DNA from: Candidatus Saccharimonadota bacterium
GTDB taxonomy: Bacteria; Patescibacteriota; Saccharimonadia; Saccharimonadales; Saccharimonadaceae
Assembly: GCA_030523715.1 (NCBI GenBank)
Contig: JAUNHY010000003.1
Location: 7,201 to 71,200 of the forward strand
Reading direction: 5' to 3'
DNA length: 64,000 bases
Position numbers and translations under genes: made by a program. The first letter of the stretch is position 1. Each line of letters opens with the position of its first letter. Under the pieces are notes generated by a model. It was not told the DNA's origin. It did no database searches and saw only the letters and a program-made list of their open reading frames with translations. Positions 27,469-36,473 of this stretch are shown in pieces.

Positions 27469-27861
27469 ATGTTGAACGGCCTTTCAAAAGATCAGAAAAA
27501 AGCAATCCTAATCATAATTATCGGAATAATCGCAATTTTAGCAATTATCTCTGTTGTGACGGTTATTAATAATGGTGGTATAGAAGACACTGGGGGCGGT
27601 TCGACCTATGAAGACGACCAAGCCTTTGATAAAGAAGCTGCCGAGTTTTACGACAACTACCCGATTATTAGCTATTTGCCGATTATCGGCAACAACTATC
27701 GAATAGATTATGGCGTTTGTGAAACTATGGAAGGCGATTTCTGTATCATGATTTCCGCCAATACTCAGGCTGCCCGCGAGCGCGCGCTTGTTGAGCTCTA
27801 TAATACTGCCCCGGACCAATCCGGCAAATACCCAATCGAATATTTTGATTTTAGTGAATAA
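27469..27861 (+). CDS. Membrane-anchored hypothetical protein
   Basis: 130 aa with a single N-terminal TM. SD GGAG upstream. Tightly packed in the operon. Confidence 0.5.
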   Translation: MLNGLSKDQKKAILIIIIGIIAILAIISVVTVINNGGIEDTGGGSTYEDDQAFDKEAAEFYDNYPIISYLPIIGNNYRIDYGVCETMEGDFCIMISANTQAARERALVELYNTAPDQSGKYPIEYFDFSE

Positions 27862-28977
27862 ATGGCAAAAGCTCGCTCCATAATTATTCGAATCGTTAGC
27901 ATCGTAGCGGCGGTAGCACTAGTAGCGTTACTCGTTTTTGCTGGGCTTAGTTTCTTTAGACCGTCACGTTCCGAGAGCCAAATTGGCTCGGCAAATCCCA
28001 GCGAGACCGTCGAACCAGATAAGGATTATGTAGTTAGCATCGTTGGCGACATTTCTTTGGCGGACAACTGGGAAGTGATGCCGTGGTATGATCGTCGTGG
28101 CCAAGGAGTGAATGGAATTCTGTCAGAAGAAGTCCTCAAGATTATGCGCGAGAGTGATTTTATGGTTGCTAACAGTGAATTTACCGTTAGCAATCGCGGC
28201 TCCAAAACCCCGGGCAAATACTATACTTTTCGCGCCAAACCGGAGCGCCTAGCGATTTATGGCGACATGGGCGTCGATTTGGTAACGCTTGCAAACAACC
28301 ATGTTTACGATTTTGGCCCACTCGCCTTTAACGATATGCTCGAAAGCTTTGAGGCTATCAATATGCCCTATGTCGGTGCTGGTCGGAACCTTGCCGAAGC
28401 CAAAAAGCCATATTACCTAACTCTACCAAATGGTTATCGCGTCGCCTTTGTTAACGCGACTCGTGCTGAGAAATGGGGCATCGATACGCCTGGCGCCACG
28501 GCAACTACCGGCGGCGTTTTACTCTGTTATGACACTACTGAATTTATCGATACTATCAAAACGGCTAAGGCTAATAGCGACTACGTAATAGCTATTATTC
28601 ACTGGGGCACCGAAGAGTCGCATCGCCTCGAGCAGGTGCAGAAAACTACCGCCAAGGATTATCTTAATGCTGGCGCGGACATTATTGTCGGCGGACACGC
28701 TCATACTCTGCAGGGCATCGACTATAACAATGGCAAACCAATCGTCTATAATCTTGGTGATTTTATCTTTAACGACGAAACCGAAGATACCGGTATTCTG
28801 CAGATTAAGTTCCTAGCTGAAGGTGGCGTAAAATTCTATTTTCTCCCTGGCCAGCAGAAAAGCGTATTTACGAGCTTGCTCTCTGGCGATGCACGTATCA
28901 AAAAGATCAACCAAATCTTATCTTGGGACGGTTCAAGTGCTCAAATTCTCGACGACGGCGAAATCGTCGCGAAATAA
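27862..28977 (+). CDS. CapA/PGA_cap family metallophosphatase-like protein
   Basis: N-terminal TM, SIVGDISLADNW, LANNHVYDFG, IHWGTE, GGHAHTLQG motifs. Confidence 0.8.
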   Translation: MAKARSIIIRIVSIVAAVALVALLVFAGLSFFRPSRSESQIGSANPSETVEPDKDYVVSIVGDISLADNWEVMPWYDRRGQGVNGILSEEVLKIMRESDFMVANSEFTVSNRGSKTPGKYYTFRAKPERLAIYGDMGVDLVTLANNHVYDFGPLAFNDMLESFEAINMPYVGAGRNLAEAKKPYYLTLPNGYRVAFVNATRAEKWGIDTPGATATTGGVLLCYDTTEFIDTIKTAKANSDYVIAIIHWGTEESHRLEQVQKTTAKDYLNAGADIIVGGHAHTLQGIDYNNGKPIVYNLGDFIFNDETEDTGILQIKFLAEGGVKFYFLPGQQKSVFTSLLSGDARIKKINQILSWDGSSAQILDDGEIVAK

Positions 28978-29045
28978 TCTCACGTTGTACTCCAGCCGTA
29001 GTGTTGCTGATATGCTACAATTGACATAAGCAGAATAGGGTCAGA

Positions 29046-31016
29046 ATGAAATACGCAAAAATCATCGCAACAGCAGTGGCTATAATTTCGTTATTTGCGC
29101 CATCATATGTAAGTGCCGCAATGTGCAGTACGAATGCTGTCTGTCCTACGTCGATTGAATTTCTCGAAAAATCAGAAAATACAGTCGTACTTAATGACCC
29201 ATCAATAGACGATGCCAGTATCAATACCGATGTTAAGATGTTGGAAATTGGTGATTATATTAAATACAAGCTTTTGCTAGAAAACGCTTCGGGCGATACG
29301 TTTGAGCTGAGCGACTTATCATTCGACGATAATGAGGCCATAGCGTATTCGTTTGTTTTTACCGACAATAACAATAAAATTGCTCCAAACGAAACGAAAG
29401 AAGCCATCTTGACGATTGAATATAAAAATCCAATTGAAGATGATGATTATCTAGATAACGTATACACAGGCAATCTTAGTGCTACGCTTACTTTAATTAA
29501 GAACAATTCCACTATTAATCCCGCCACTTCTTTTGATTCACCGTTAATTCCTATTATCGCGATAGTCGCAATTATTACAGTCTCTTATGTGCTTTATCGA
29601 AAGTATGGCCGCATTCGATCGGCTGCCATTATAGTTCTATTGCTTGGCGCTTTCATCTCAATCGGCGTTTATGCTGTTGAATCTTGTGTGATAGAAATAA
29701 AAACCAAAGTTACCGTGCCAAGATATGAGGGGCGCGAAATTAATAACGTAATTATGGATAAGCCGATTATTGATGACGAGCACAGTGAATATATGGAGCC
29801 GGTCACGGGAGTGAACTTTTTGGAACCATCAAGCGACACTAACGGAAAAGGTGTCTATATCTTTGCGCCAACCAAAAATGACGAAATTCCAATTTATTAT
29901 TACCGTGGCGCCGTCAACAATAATAATTTAATCTTCGCGGATTATTGCTGGAAGATATTCCGAACCACCGAAACGGAAGGTCTTAAAATCATCTACAATG
30001 GCGTCCCAACTAATGGACGGTGCGTTGCCGAAGGAGATGACACGATGATTGCTACTGGAGTTAAATATAACGCCGCCGTAAACAATCTCAGCTATTTTGG
30101 CTATAGTTACGCGTCAAATGGCCACACTTTCAGTTATATGAATAATTCCAGAATCACTAACGGCATGATTTTTGCCAATGATGTTTCTTACGTTGACGGC
30201 CATTATGTTTTAAGCGGCGATCAATATGTTAAAGATAGTGATTTTGCAACTAATCGTGATTCTATCCTAAAAACTCACCATTACACCTGTTATGCTGTTA
30301 ATGGCACTGAATGTACTACGGTAAGATACGTCTATATGACAAGAAGTGTAAATATGTTCTATGTCACGCTCAAAAATGGTGAAAAAATCGAAGATGTCGT
30401 CAGAGATGAAGTTACCAACGAAAAAAACGAAAACAAGTCAATTGTTCGCGAAACCGTCGATAACTGGTATAGAGATCATATGACAGTGTACACGGATGAT
30501 CTTGAGGATGCCGTATGGTGCAATGACCGCAGTCTCTACGATATTGGCGGTTGGGATAAGAATAATGATGTATTCGAAATAACGAACGAGCAAGATGGCA
30601 AGATGATTTTTAATGCTAACTATCGCGTTTTCACTTCTGGCAAGCCAGACATCAATTGCGCCAATAAAAATGACGCGTTTACTGTTAGTGAAGAAAACGG
30701 CAACGGAAACCTTGAATATCCTGTAGGTTTAATGACACTCGACGAAGCGGTAATGGCCGGCTTCAACTGGTATCGTTATGACAATAGCTCCGACAACTAC
30801 CTCAATAATGGCAAAGGTTGGTGGCTGATGTCTCCATCGCTCGTGAGTGCTAATAACGTCTATGTCGGTGTCGCATATTCGAGAGTGGATCACGTTACGC
30901 CAATTTTCACCAGTAATGGTCTCGGCGGTGTCCGGCCAATGGTTTCACTCAAGAAGGGCTTTAGGGTGCAAAGCGGTGATGGCACTAGTGACAGCCCATT
31001 CATTATAGAAAAATAA
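29046..31016 (+). CDS. 656-aa surface/membrane protein
   Basis: Signal peptide (...SYVSAA), a beta-rich domain of about 130 aa, two TM helices (aa about 170-215), then a large C-terminal domain ending in a GKGWWLMSP...GGVRPMVSL motif pair. Confidence 0.6.
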   Translation: MKYAKIIATAVAIISLFAPSYVSAAMCSTNAVCPTSIEFLEKSENTVVLNDPSIDDASINTDVKMLEIGDYIKYKLLLENASGDTFELSDLSFDDNEAIAYSFVFTDNNNKIAPNETKEAILTIEYKNPIEDDDYLDNVYTGNLSATLTLIKNNSTINPATSFDSPLIPIIAIVAIITVSYVLYRKYGRIRSAAIIVLLLGAFISIGVYAVESCVIEIKTKVTVPRYEGREINNVIMDKPIIDDEHSEYMEPVTGVNFLEPSSDTNGKGVYIFAPTKNDEIPIYYYRGAVNNNNLIFADYCWKIFRTTETEGLKIIYNGVPTNGRCVAEGDDTMIATGVKYNAAVNNLSYFGYSYASNGHTFSYMNNSRITNGMIFANDVSYVDGHYVLSGDQYVKDSDFATNRDSILKTHHYTCYAVNGTECTTVRYVYMTRSVNMFYVTLKNGEKIEDVVRDEVTNEKNENKSIVRETVDNWYRDHMTVYTDDLEDAVWCNDRSLYDIGGWDKNNDVFEITNEQDGKMIFNANYRVFTSGKPDINCANKNDAFTVSEENGNGNLEYPVGLMTLDEAVMAGFNWYRYDNSSDNYLNNGKGWWLMSPSLVSANNVYVGVAYSRVDHVTPIFTSNGLGGVRPMVSLKKGFRVQSGDGTSDSPFIIEK

Positions 31017-31025
31017 AAAAAGTCC

Positions 31026-31541
31026 TTGCTCAATACCTTGCTTTTAGGCATGGGTTCGGGTAAGGACTTTTTAGTGGAACTAGCTGGACTTTACTCAAAC
31101 ACATTTCAGAGAATAGTCAATGCTAAAAAATCACTTCCAAAAGAGGCTGAGATAGTCGAAAAACGCAAGAATATAGACGATAGAGTCAAAAACGAACGTG
31201 GCGAGGTTGAAGTAAAACGCTATAGGCAAAGACAAATAATATTATCTGAAAAAGGTCGCAAAGAAGTTGTCCGCCTCTATCTTGAGGGTGTAAACACTTA
31301 TACTATCGCCAAATCATTCGGCTGTCACCGCAATACGGTAAGCAAGATCCTTAAAGATGCCGGCGTAAACGTTACTATCGAGAAGATAAATTTAGATGAG
31401 GCTATTCGGTTGTACGAGTCGGGTTGGACTACCAAGCAAATAGCCGAGAAATACGACATATCTGATAATGCCGTCAGTCGTAGGCTAAAAGCTGCTGGCG
31501 TAAAAATGCGCACGAGGTGGGATTATTCGCAGAAAATGTAA
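31026..31541 (+). CDS. DNA-binding protein with two HTH repeats
   Basis: GVNTYTIAKSFGCHRNTVSKILKDAGV and GWTTKQIAEKYDISDNAVSRRLKAAGV. The start is uncertain: TTG 31026, ATG 31050, or GTG 31074 with AAGGA 7 nt upstream. Confidence 0.55.
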   Translation: MLNTLLLGMGSGKDFLVELAGLYSNTFQRIVNAKKSLPKEAEIVEKRKNIDDRVKNERGEVEVKRYRQRQIILSEKGRKEVVRLYLEGVNTYTIAKSFGCHRNTVSKILKDAGVNVTIEKINLDEAIRLYESGWTTKQIAEKYDISDNAVSRRLKAAGVKMRTRWDYSQKM

Positions 31542-31801
31542 ATAATACAACATTTTTATTATAAAATAATTCGGTAAAAATAATAGACCAAAAATAGCAC
31601 TTTTGCACATGTTTTCCACAGGTGTAATGTTAACGCTTAACAGATACGAAATGCTTATGCTTGAAATGATTTATGAATGCGTTATAACAGGGGTAACCCG
31701 AAAGCATAACCTCTATAAGGGATGTTGCAGCCGTGTTAAAAACATGCTACGATTATAGTGACTCTGGGAGGTGTAAAACCGGAGTCGCGTCTTAAGTATT
31801 T

Positions 31802-31880
31802 AAAAGGCGCCTGCAGAGGGAGTTAAGCAAGTAGTGTGGAGGTAACATGAAATGGCTTATTCTTTTCGCAGGCGCCTTTT
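31802..31880 (+). repeat. Perfect 13-bp inverted repeat (aaaaggcgcctgc ... gcaggcgcctttt) with a 53-nt spacer
   Basis: Arms at 31802-31814 and 31868-31880 are exact reverse complements. An inner taagc/gctta pairing is also possible. Confidence 0.85.
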
Positions 31881-31906
31881 CTTATATGCCGTGGATGCGA
31901 ATCTAA
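31847..31906 (+). CDS. Candidate 19-aa hydrophobic peptide (MKWLILFAGAFSYMPWMRI)
   Basis: GGAGG lies 5 nt upstream of the ATG. The ORF was hand-translated because it is below the ORF-track length cutoff. The 3' arm of the 13-bp inverted repeat lies inside the ORF. Confidence 0.25.
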   Translation: MKWLILFAGAFSYMPWMRI

Positions 31907-32085
31907 ATCTCAGAATCGCACAAAAATAGCGTATTCGTTCACCGGAAAATGATCCGAATACGCTAACAATCTGTATACCTCGTTTTTGCTCGGTATGCGT
32001 CTTATATTATATCAAAAGCAGATTCCGAGCAAACTCGAGCGTAATGGACTAAATAAAAACATAACGTGGAGAAAAAAGGAGGAAA

Positions 32086-32736
32086 ATGCCACTATTACTT
32101 AAGGAGGAGTCCTTCAAATACTCGAAATATTTACAAGGTGCAGAATTGGTTGGATCTGAAGGATTTCCCAAAATCAGCCCAACTCAATCTATACCGGAAA
32201 GTGTTATATCTTTTAATGAATGGATGGCGAACGGACATCCAGAGAGGTATTGGGTTGACCATTTCGTAGATGACTATCGTTTTAACTGTGTCTACAATAA
32301 CTGTGACCGATACCTCGAACGTTATCGTAGGGCGAAAGGTGTAATCGGTACTGATTTCTCGGCGTATCGCAATATGCCAGCTTATCGCAGGAAAGACAGT
32401 GTAGGCAAAAACCGAGAACTTGATTTTTATCTACAACAGAACGGCATTGATGTTATTCCGGTAGTCTCATACGCCTATCCGCGCGACTTCGAGTGGTGCC
32501 TGGATGGCTTGCCGTCGAATTCGTCTGTCGCCATATCGACGAATGGCTCCATGCAAAACTTTGTGAGCCATGAAATGTTCATCGAAGGCGCAATCGAGGT
32601 CCAAAAACGGCTCAATCCATCGCACCTCATCATTGTTGGGGGTCCCGTACCAGAGCTAGATGCGCTTTTCGACAACATCGTCTACTACCCGAATTTTTCC
32701 CAACGCTTAAGCATGAGGAGGCGTAAAAATGGGTAG
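32086..32736 (+). CDS. DUF4417-like protein
   Basis: HFVDDYRFNCVYNN..RYLERYRRAKGVIGTDFSAYRNMP...QQNGIDVIPVVSY matches my recollection of the DUF4417 core (FF.DDyrFe...PDFS.y.dmP...G..VIP..sW). SD AAGGAGG upstream. Confidence 0.6.
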   Translation: MPLLLKEESFKYSKYLQGAELVGSEGFPKISPTQSIPESVISFNEWMANGHPERYWVDHFVDDYRFNCVYNNCDRYLERYRRAKGVIGTDFSAYRNMPAYRRKDSVGKNRELDFYLQQNGIDVIPVVSYAYPRDFEWCLDGLPSNSSVAISTNGSMQNFVSHEMFIEGAIEVQKRLNPSHLIIVGGPVPELDALFDNIVYYPNFSQRLSMRRRKNG

Positions 32737-33127
32737 TACTGGCGCATTCCTTGAAACAGGGGGCTTCAAGTGGCAGGGCTGGGAGGACACCGGAGAAAAA
32801 CTATGCGGCCTGAAAATATTGAAGAAGAAAACAGCCAACTCGAACGAGAGTCAATCGCTACCTCTATATAGCGATACGCCAGGCACGGCCTATGTCCTAT
32901 TGGATGAAGATGGCAACTTCAAGCAGATGATTCAGTATGGAGAAGATCGCAGGCCGGAGTTTGAATTGAACTATGGCCCCGACGACAATAAAGAATCATG
33001 CCATCTTCATCGTTGGGAAAATGGTAAGCGCCAAAAAGCTGAGATTATCGCCTCCAAAGAAGAAGGCATAGTCAATCAAGCGTTATATAATAAATTTAAG
33101 AAGTTTTTGAAAGGAATCGACTTATGA
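32729..33127 (+). CDS. Hypothetical protein
   Basis: 132 aa. 8-nt overlap with the upstream gene. No TM. Confidence 0.5.
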   Translation: MGSTGAFLETGGFKWQGWEDTGEKLCGLKILKKKTANSNESQSLPLYSDTPGTAYVLLDEDGNFKQMIQYGEDRRPEFELNYGPDDNKESCHLHRWENGKRQKAEIIASKEEGIVNQALYNKFKKFLKGIDL

Positions 33128-33408
33128 ATCCACAAGATGAGAAGCATGATCCTATGGGTGACTACATCGAAGCACTCGGCGTTAACCGAGAAATCGAGTT
33201 TGTCTACAATAACGTTAGCTATCGTTTTGAGCCGAATTACGAAAAGAATGGCTACGATATTTGGAGGTATTCCGACGGATTCAAAACTGATGGCGGAGAG
33301 GTTATAGCCTACGCTAGCACTCCGGAGGAAGCTTTATCGTTGAAGTGTTTCGACAGCAAAAGCTTTTCTGAAATTGAGGGCGAAGCCACCCATAAGTACA
33401 TCGTCTAG
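33124..33408 (+). CDS. Hypothetical protein
   Basis: 94 aa. ATGA overlap with the upstream gene. Followed by a terminator. Confidence 0.5.
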   Translation: MNPQDEKHDPMGDYIEALGVNREIEFVYNNVSYRFEPNYEKNGYDIWRYSDGFKTDGGEVIAYASTPEEALSLKCFDSKSFSEIEGEATHKYIV

Positions 33409-33416
33409 CAGAAAGA

Positions 33417-33438
33417 CCGGCCCAGCGCCGGCTTTTTT
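33417..33438 (+). terminator. Rho-independent terminator
   Basis: Stem ccggc/gccgg followed by tttttt. Confidence 0.6.
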
Positions 33439-33595
33439 GTCTGCTAATCCAAAGTCGGGTTTAAATAACGCGATTTACCTCTAAATTGCCCAGCTTTAAT
33501 CAAAACTTTTAGATTTTTGTGCAAAATAAAAAATCCACCCCTGTTACATTTTGACAAAATGCACAAATTATGGGTGGGTTAGAATAAGCTAACCG

Positions 33596-33672
33596 TGGTG
33601 GATCTTACTGGGCTCGAACCAGTGACCTTACGAATGTGAATCGTACGCTCTAGCCAACTGAGCTAAAGATCC
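33596..33672 (-). tRNA. tRNA-Val (anticodon CAC)
   Basis: The reverse complement folds as ggatctt/aagatcc acceptor, anticodon stem tacga/tcgta, loop ttcacat, T-loop ttcgagc, encoded CCA. Confidence 0.9.
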
Positions 33673-33735
33673 ATAGCACTAGTTTAGCACAAGAAAGTCT
33701 CTCTGTCAGGGCAAATCGACAAATCGTCCATAAGA

Positions 33736-33744
33736 TGTTAAAAT
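33736..33744 (+). promoter_or_regulatory. Extended -10 (TGTTAAAAT), 7 nt upstream of prfA ATG
   Basis: TGnTAAAAT. No SD. Confidence 0.5.
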
Positions 33745-33751
33745 ATCATTA

Positions 33752-34786
33752 ATGAACCTAGAACTAGATTTTGATGCATTAACTAAAGAGCGCCAGGAAA
33801 TTACGGACTTTTTGAGTCGCCCGGATGCCTATGCTGATCCAGATTTTGCGGCCAAAAATCGCCGTCTCCAAGAGGTGGACGAGCTAATTTCGCTCGGTAA
33901 AAAACGCGAGCAGCTCCAAAACGACATCAAAGAGGCCGAAAATGACCCAGAATTAGCCGAAATGAAGCCGGATTTAGAGGCGGAGCTCCAAGAAACCGAG
34001 GCGAAACTCTCTGAAATGCTCATTCCGCGCGACCCTAACGATGACAAACCGGCTATTATTGAAATCCGTGCCGGTGCTGGCGGTGATGAGGCGAGCCTTT
34101 TCGCGGGCGACCTCTATCGTATGTATGTCCGTTACGCCGAGACGCATGGCCTTAAATGCGAGCTCCAGTCTGAATCTATCAACGATGCCGGCGGCTATAA
34201 AGAGGTTATTTTCCGCGTCTCCGGCGATCAGCCTTATGGGAAACTTAAGTTCGAAGGTGGCGTCCACCGCGTTCAGCGTATCCCTGTAACAGAGAGCCAG
34301 GGCCGCATTCATACTAGTACCGCTACTGTTGCTGTTCTTCCAGAGGCAGAAGAGCACGATTTAGAGATAAACCCAGAAGACCTTCGCATTGATATCTATC
34401 GTTCTGGTGGTCATGGCGGCCAGGGTGTAAATACCACCGATTCCGCTGTTCGTATTACGCACCTGCCAACTGGCCTTGTTGTTGCTATGCAAGACGAGCG
34501 TTCCCAGCAGCAAAACCGTATCAAAGCCATGACGGTTCTTCGTAGCCGTCTCTTGGAGCGCAAGATTGCCGAGGACCGCGCCAACGCCTCCGATGCTCGC
34601 AAAACTCTCATCGGAACAGGGGATCGCAGCGAAAAAATCCGTACCTACAACTTCCCGCAAGACCGCATTACAGATCACCGCATTCATTACAACCGTAGCA
34701 ATATTTCCGCCGCCATGAATGGCGACATTGAAGATATTATTGAGGCACTTCAAGCTCATGAACGTGAGCTCTTGGCTGACAAATAG
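33752..34786 (+). CDS. prfA: Peptide chain release factor 1
   Basis: GGQ motif ([24 protein letters not shown]) and an RF1-type PVT tripeptide ([14 protein letters not shown]). Confidence 0.95.
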   Translation: MNLELDFDALTKERQEITDFLSRPDAYADPDFAAKNRRLQEVDELISLGKKREQLQNDIKEAENDPELAEMKPDLEAELQETEAKLSEMLIPRDPNDDKPAIIEIRAGAGGDEASLFAGDLYRMYVRYAETHGLKCELQSESINDAGGYKEVIFRVSGDQPYGKLKFEGGVHRVQRIPVTESQGRIHTSTATVAVLPEAEEHDLEINPEDLRIDIYRSGGHGGQGVNTTDSAVRITHLPTGLVVAMQDERSQQQNRIKAMTVLRSRLLERKIAEDRANASDARKTLIGTGDRSEKIRTYNFPQDRITDHRIHYNRSNISAAMNGDIEDIIEALQAHERELLADK

Positions 34787-35537
34787 CCAGATAGACCGCC
34801 TCGATGCGGAATTAATCATGGCGCGCGCCATCGGAAAAGACCGTACTTTTTTGCACGCCCACCCAGATTATGAATTCTCTGCCGCCGAGTTTAAACAGAT
34901 AAAGTCCGACACGCTCCGTCGCCAAAAACATGAGCCACTCGCCTATATTCTCGGTGAAAAAGAATTTTATGGTCGTTTTTTCACGGTTACGCCAGATACG
35001 CTCATTCCACGCCCAGAGACGGAAGCGCTTATAGATATTATTAAGGCGCAAAAACCGCACAAAGTCCTTGATGTTGGGACGGGGAGTGGTTGCATTGCCG
35101 TCACTCTGGCTCTCGAACTGCCAGAAACAGAGGTAAACGCTCTCGATATTTCGCAGAAAGCTCTCAAAATCGCCCGTCAAAATGCCCAAAATCTTGGCGC
35201 AAAGGTTAATTTTTTCGAGTCCAACCTCTTAGAAAACGCCCAAAAATACGACCTTATAGTCGCAAATCTCCCTTATGTTGACCGAAAATGGGATTGGCTC
35301 AGCCCCGAGCTCGCTTACGAGCCAAAAACTGCGCTTTTTGCAGAAGATGGCGGCCTTGAGCTAATCAAAAAACTTATTAAACAAGCCCCCACACACCTCG
35401 AAAAACAGGGAAAACTTATCTTAGAAGCCGACATTTCTCAACATCAAAAAATTGCCGATTTCGCAACCAGCAACTCCTTTGAGATTATCCCTAGTGACCG
35501 CCAAAATTTGGCTTTATGTTTGGCGCTATCCGACTAG
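34758..35537 (+). CDS. prmC: Release factor glutamine N5-methyltransferase
   Basis: SAM motif [12 protein letters not shown]. The catalytic tetrapeptide reads NLPY ([10 protein letters not shown]). Start chosen at ATG 34758, overlapping the prfA end. Confidence 0.85.
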   Translation: MNVSSWLTNSQIDRLDAELIMARAIGKDRTFLHAHPDYEFSAAEFKQIKSDTLRRQKHEPLAYILGEKEFYGRFFTVTPDTLIPRPETEALIDIIKAQKPHKVLDVGTGSGCIAVTLALELPETEVNALDISQKALKIARQNAQNLGAKVNFFESNLLENAQKYDLIVANLPYVDRKWDWLSPELAYEPKTALFAEDGGLELIKKLIKQAPTHLEKQGKLILEADISQHQKIADFATSNSFEIIPSDRQNLALCLALSD

Positions 35538-36117
35538 CCGCCCCTGGTGCACGCGGCGCTGGTGCAGTCGCCGCCCCGCCTCCAGCCGGGGTATATTTCC
35601 TAACGCCGCCAGCGAAACGCTCGGCCTGCATTGCTCGGTAGCCAGATGCCTGCCTCTGTACGTGCGTTTCTGGCGTTTTCGCCATCGAATTATGCACGTT
35701 CGCAGGAGTTTTCATTACTTCCACCTCGCCATTCATGGCGCGCATCCCCTTATCAAACTTCTGTAACCCCTGTTTGTGCATCTTAATATTCGCCTCTTGT
35801 AGCGTCATCTGATTATTTCCGCCAGCCGAACCGGTAGCTTGTTGCATCTTCGCCATCGCGTTCTGCTCCTGGGCAGTCATGGCGCGTTCATATCTATTGC
35901 CCCCCTGAGCAATAGAGGAAACCTTATAGGCCTGAATATTTTGACGGTTATGCTCCATCTTGCGGCGATCAGCAAAAGTTTCGTGGTTTAGATTAGATAC
36001 ATCGAGGTACCCCTGTTTCTGTGCACTAGCAAAAGCCCCATTATGGACGACATCCTTAGTTTCTGTCTTCGTAATCCGATTAATTAATTTCGAATTTAAC
36101 CTCTGTGTGTATCCCAT
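35491..36117 (-). CDS. Hypothetical Met/Gln/Asn-rich protein with an Ala/Pro/Gly-rich tail
   Basis: 208 aa with no TM. Its 3' end overlaps the prmC 3' end by 47 nt (convergent). An extended -10 lies directly upstream. Confidence 0.45.
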   Translation of the reverse strand: MGYTQRLNSKLINRITKTETKDVVHNGAFASAQKQGYLDVSNLNHETFADRRKMEHNRQNIQAYKVSSIAQGGNRYERAMTAQEQNAMAKMQQATGSAGGNNQMTLQEANIKMHKQGLQKFDKGMRAMNGEVEVMKTPANVHNSMAKTPETHVQRQASGYRAMQAERFAGGVRKYTPAGGGAATAPAPRAPGAASRIAPNIKPNFGGH

Positions 36118-36126
36118 ACTGACCCC

Positions 36127-36135
36127 ATTATACCA
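36127..36135 (-). promoter_or_regulatory. Extended -10 (TGGTATAAT), 9 nt upstream of ATG 36117
   Basis: Read on the reverse complement. Confidence 0.45.
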
Positions 36136-36184
36136 CTTATGTATAACATATTTTGCGCTAATGGTAAATTATATCAAAATGGTA

Positions 36185-36213
36185 TTGACAAAAATCAAAA
36201 TGTTTGATATAAT
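36185..36213 (+). promoter_or_regulatory. Consensus sigma70-type promoter
   Basis: TTGACA (36185-36190), an exactly 17-nt spacer, then TATAAT (36208-36213). Confidence 0.65.
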
Positions 36214-36473
36214 AAACCCAGCTAATTGCAAGACTGCGAAAGGCTTTAGCAAGAGGCGCAAAGTTAACAAATCAGATCATTACTGCATACAAGCAATTGC
36301 ATGCAGTAGGAAGAAGGTTGGTTGCGAAAGCAATCCCGGTAATCTATCGTCTCCGCCGGTACAAAAGGAGCGCTTCTATATATATTCTCTGTCAACGCAC
36401 CCCGCGTGGTGCAACACCTCAAGCCCGTAAGGGTAATATTTTAGAAAGGGCTCCGTATCAGAAAGACGGAGTA

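Larger units (their letters stand above)
31072..33595. mobile_element. Candidate integrase-less islet (prophage/satellite remnant) abutting the 3' end of tRNA-Val
   Basis: The tRNA-Val 3' end faces the block. 31072-31090 matches the tRNA 3' end (33596-33614) at 14 of 19 positions in direct orientation. Cargo is an HTH protein, a DUF4417-like protein and small ORFs. Confidence 0.35.

Noticed and set aside
31560-31900. Possible retron msr/msd, group II intron fragment, or known riboswitch in the 540-bp non-coding stretch of the islet.
   Set aside because: No reverse transcriptase or intron-encoded protein is nearby. I could not recognise domain V/VI-like or any riboswitch consensus. It is kept only as an unexplained structured region and a small-ORF candidate.
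33440-33595. Imperfect inverted repeats (tgtgcaaaat / aaaatgcacaaa; atccaccc / gggtgggt) next to the tRNA-Val 3' end, considered as a possible att core or ncRNA.
   Set aside because: The pairings are short and imperfect, and I found no matching copy at the other islet boundary. This is insufficient to call.
35960-36430. 156-aa plus-strand ORF spanning the 36117 gene start, the consensus promoter and the leader.
   Set aside because: It crosses a divergent promoter region and includes the TTGACA-17-TATAAT element. Its composition looks like translated intergenic A/T-rich DNA.
36214-36470. Assignment of the long leader to SRP RNA, 6S RNA, RNase P RNA or tmRNA.
   Set aside because: It lacks the SRP domain IV GGAA/AGCA motifs, the RNase P GAGGAAAGUCC core, and a tmRNA tRNA-like end. 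The GNRA hairpin alone is not diagnostic.
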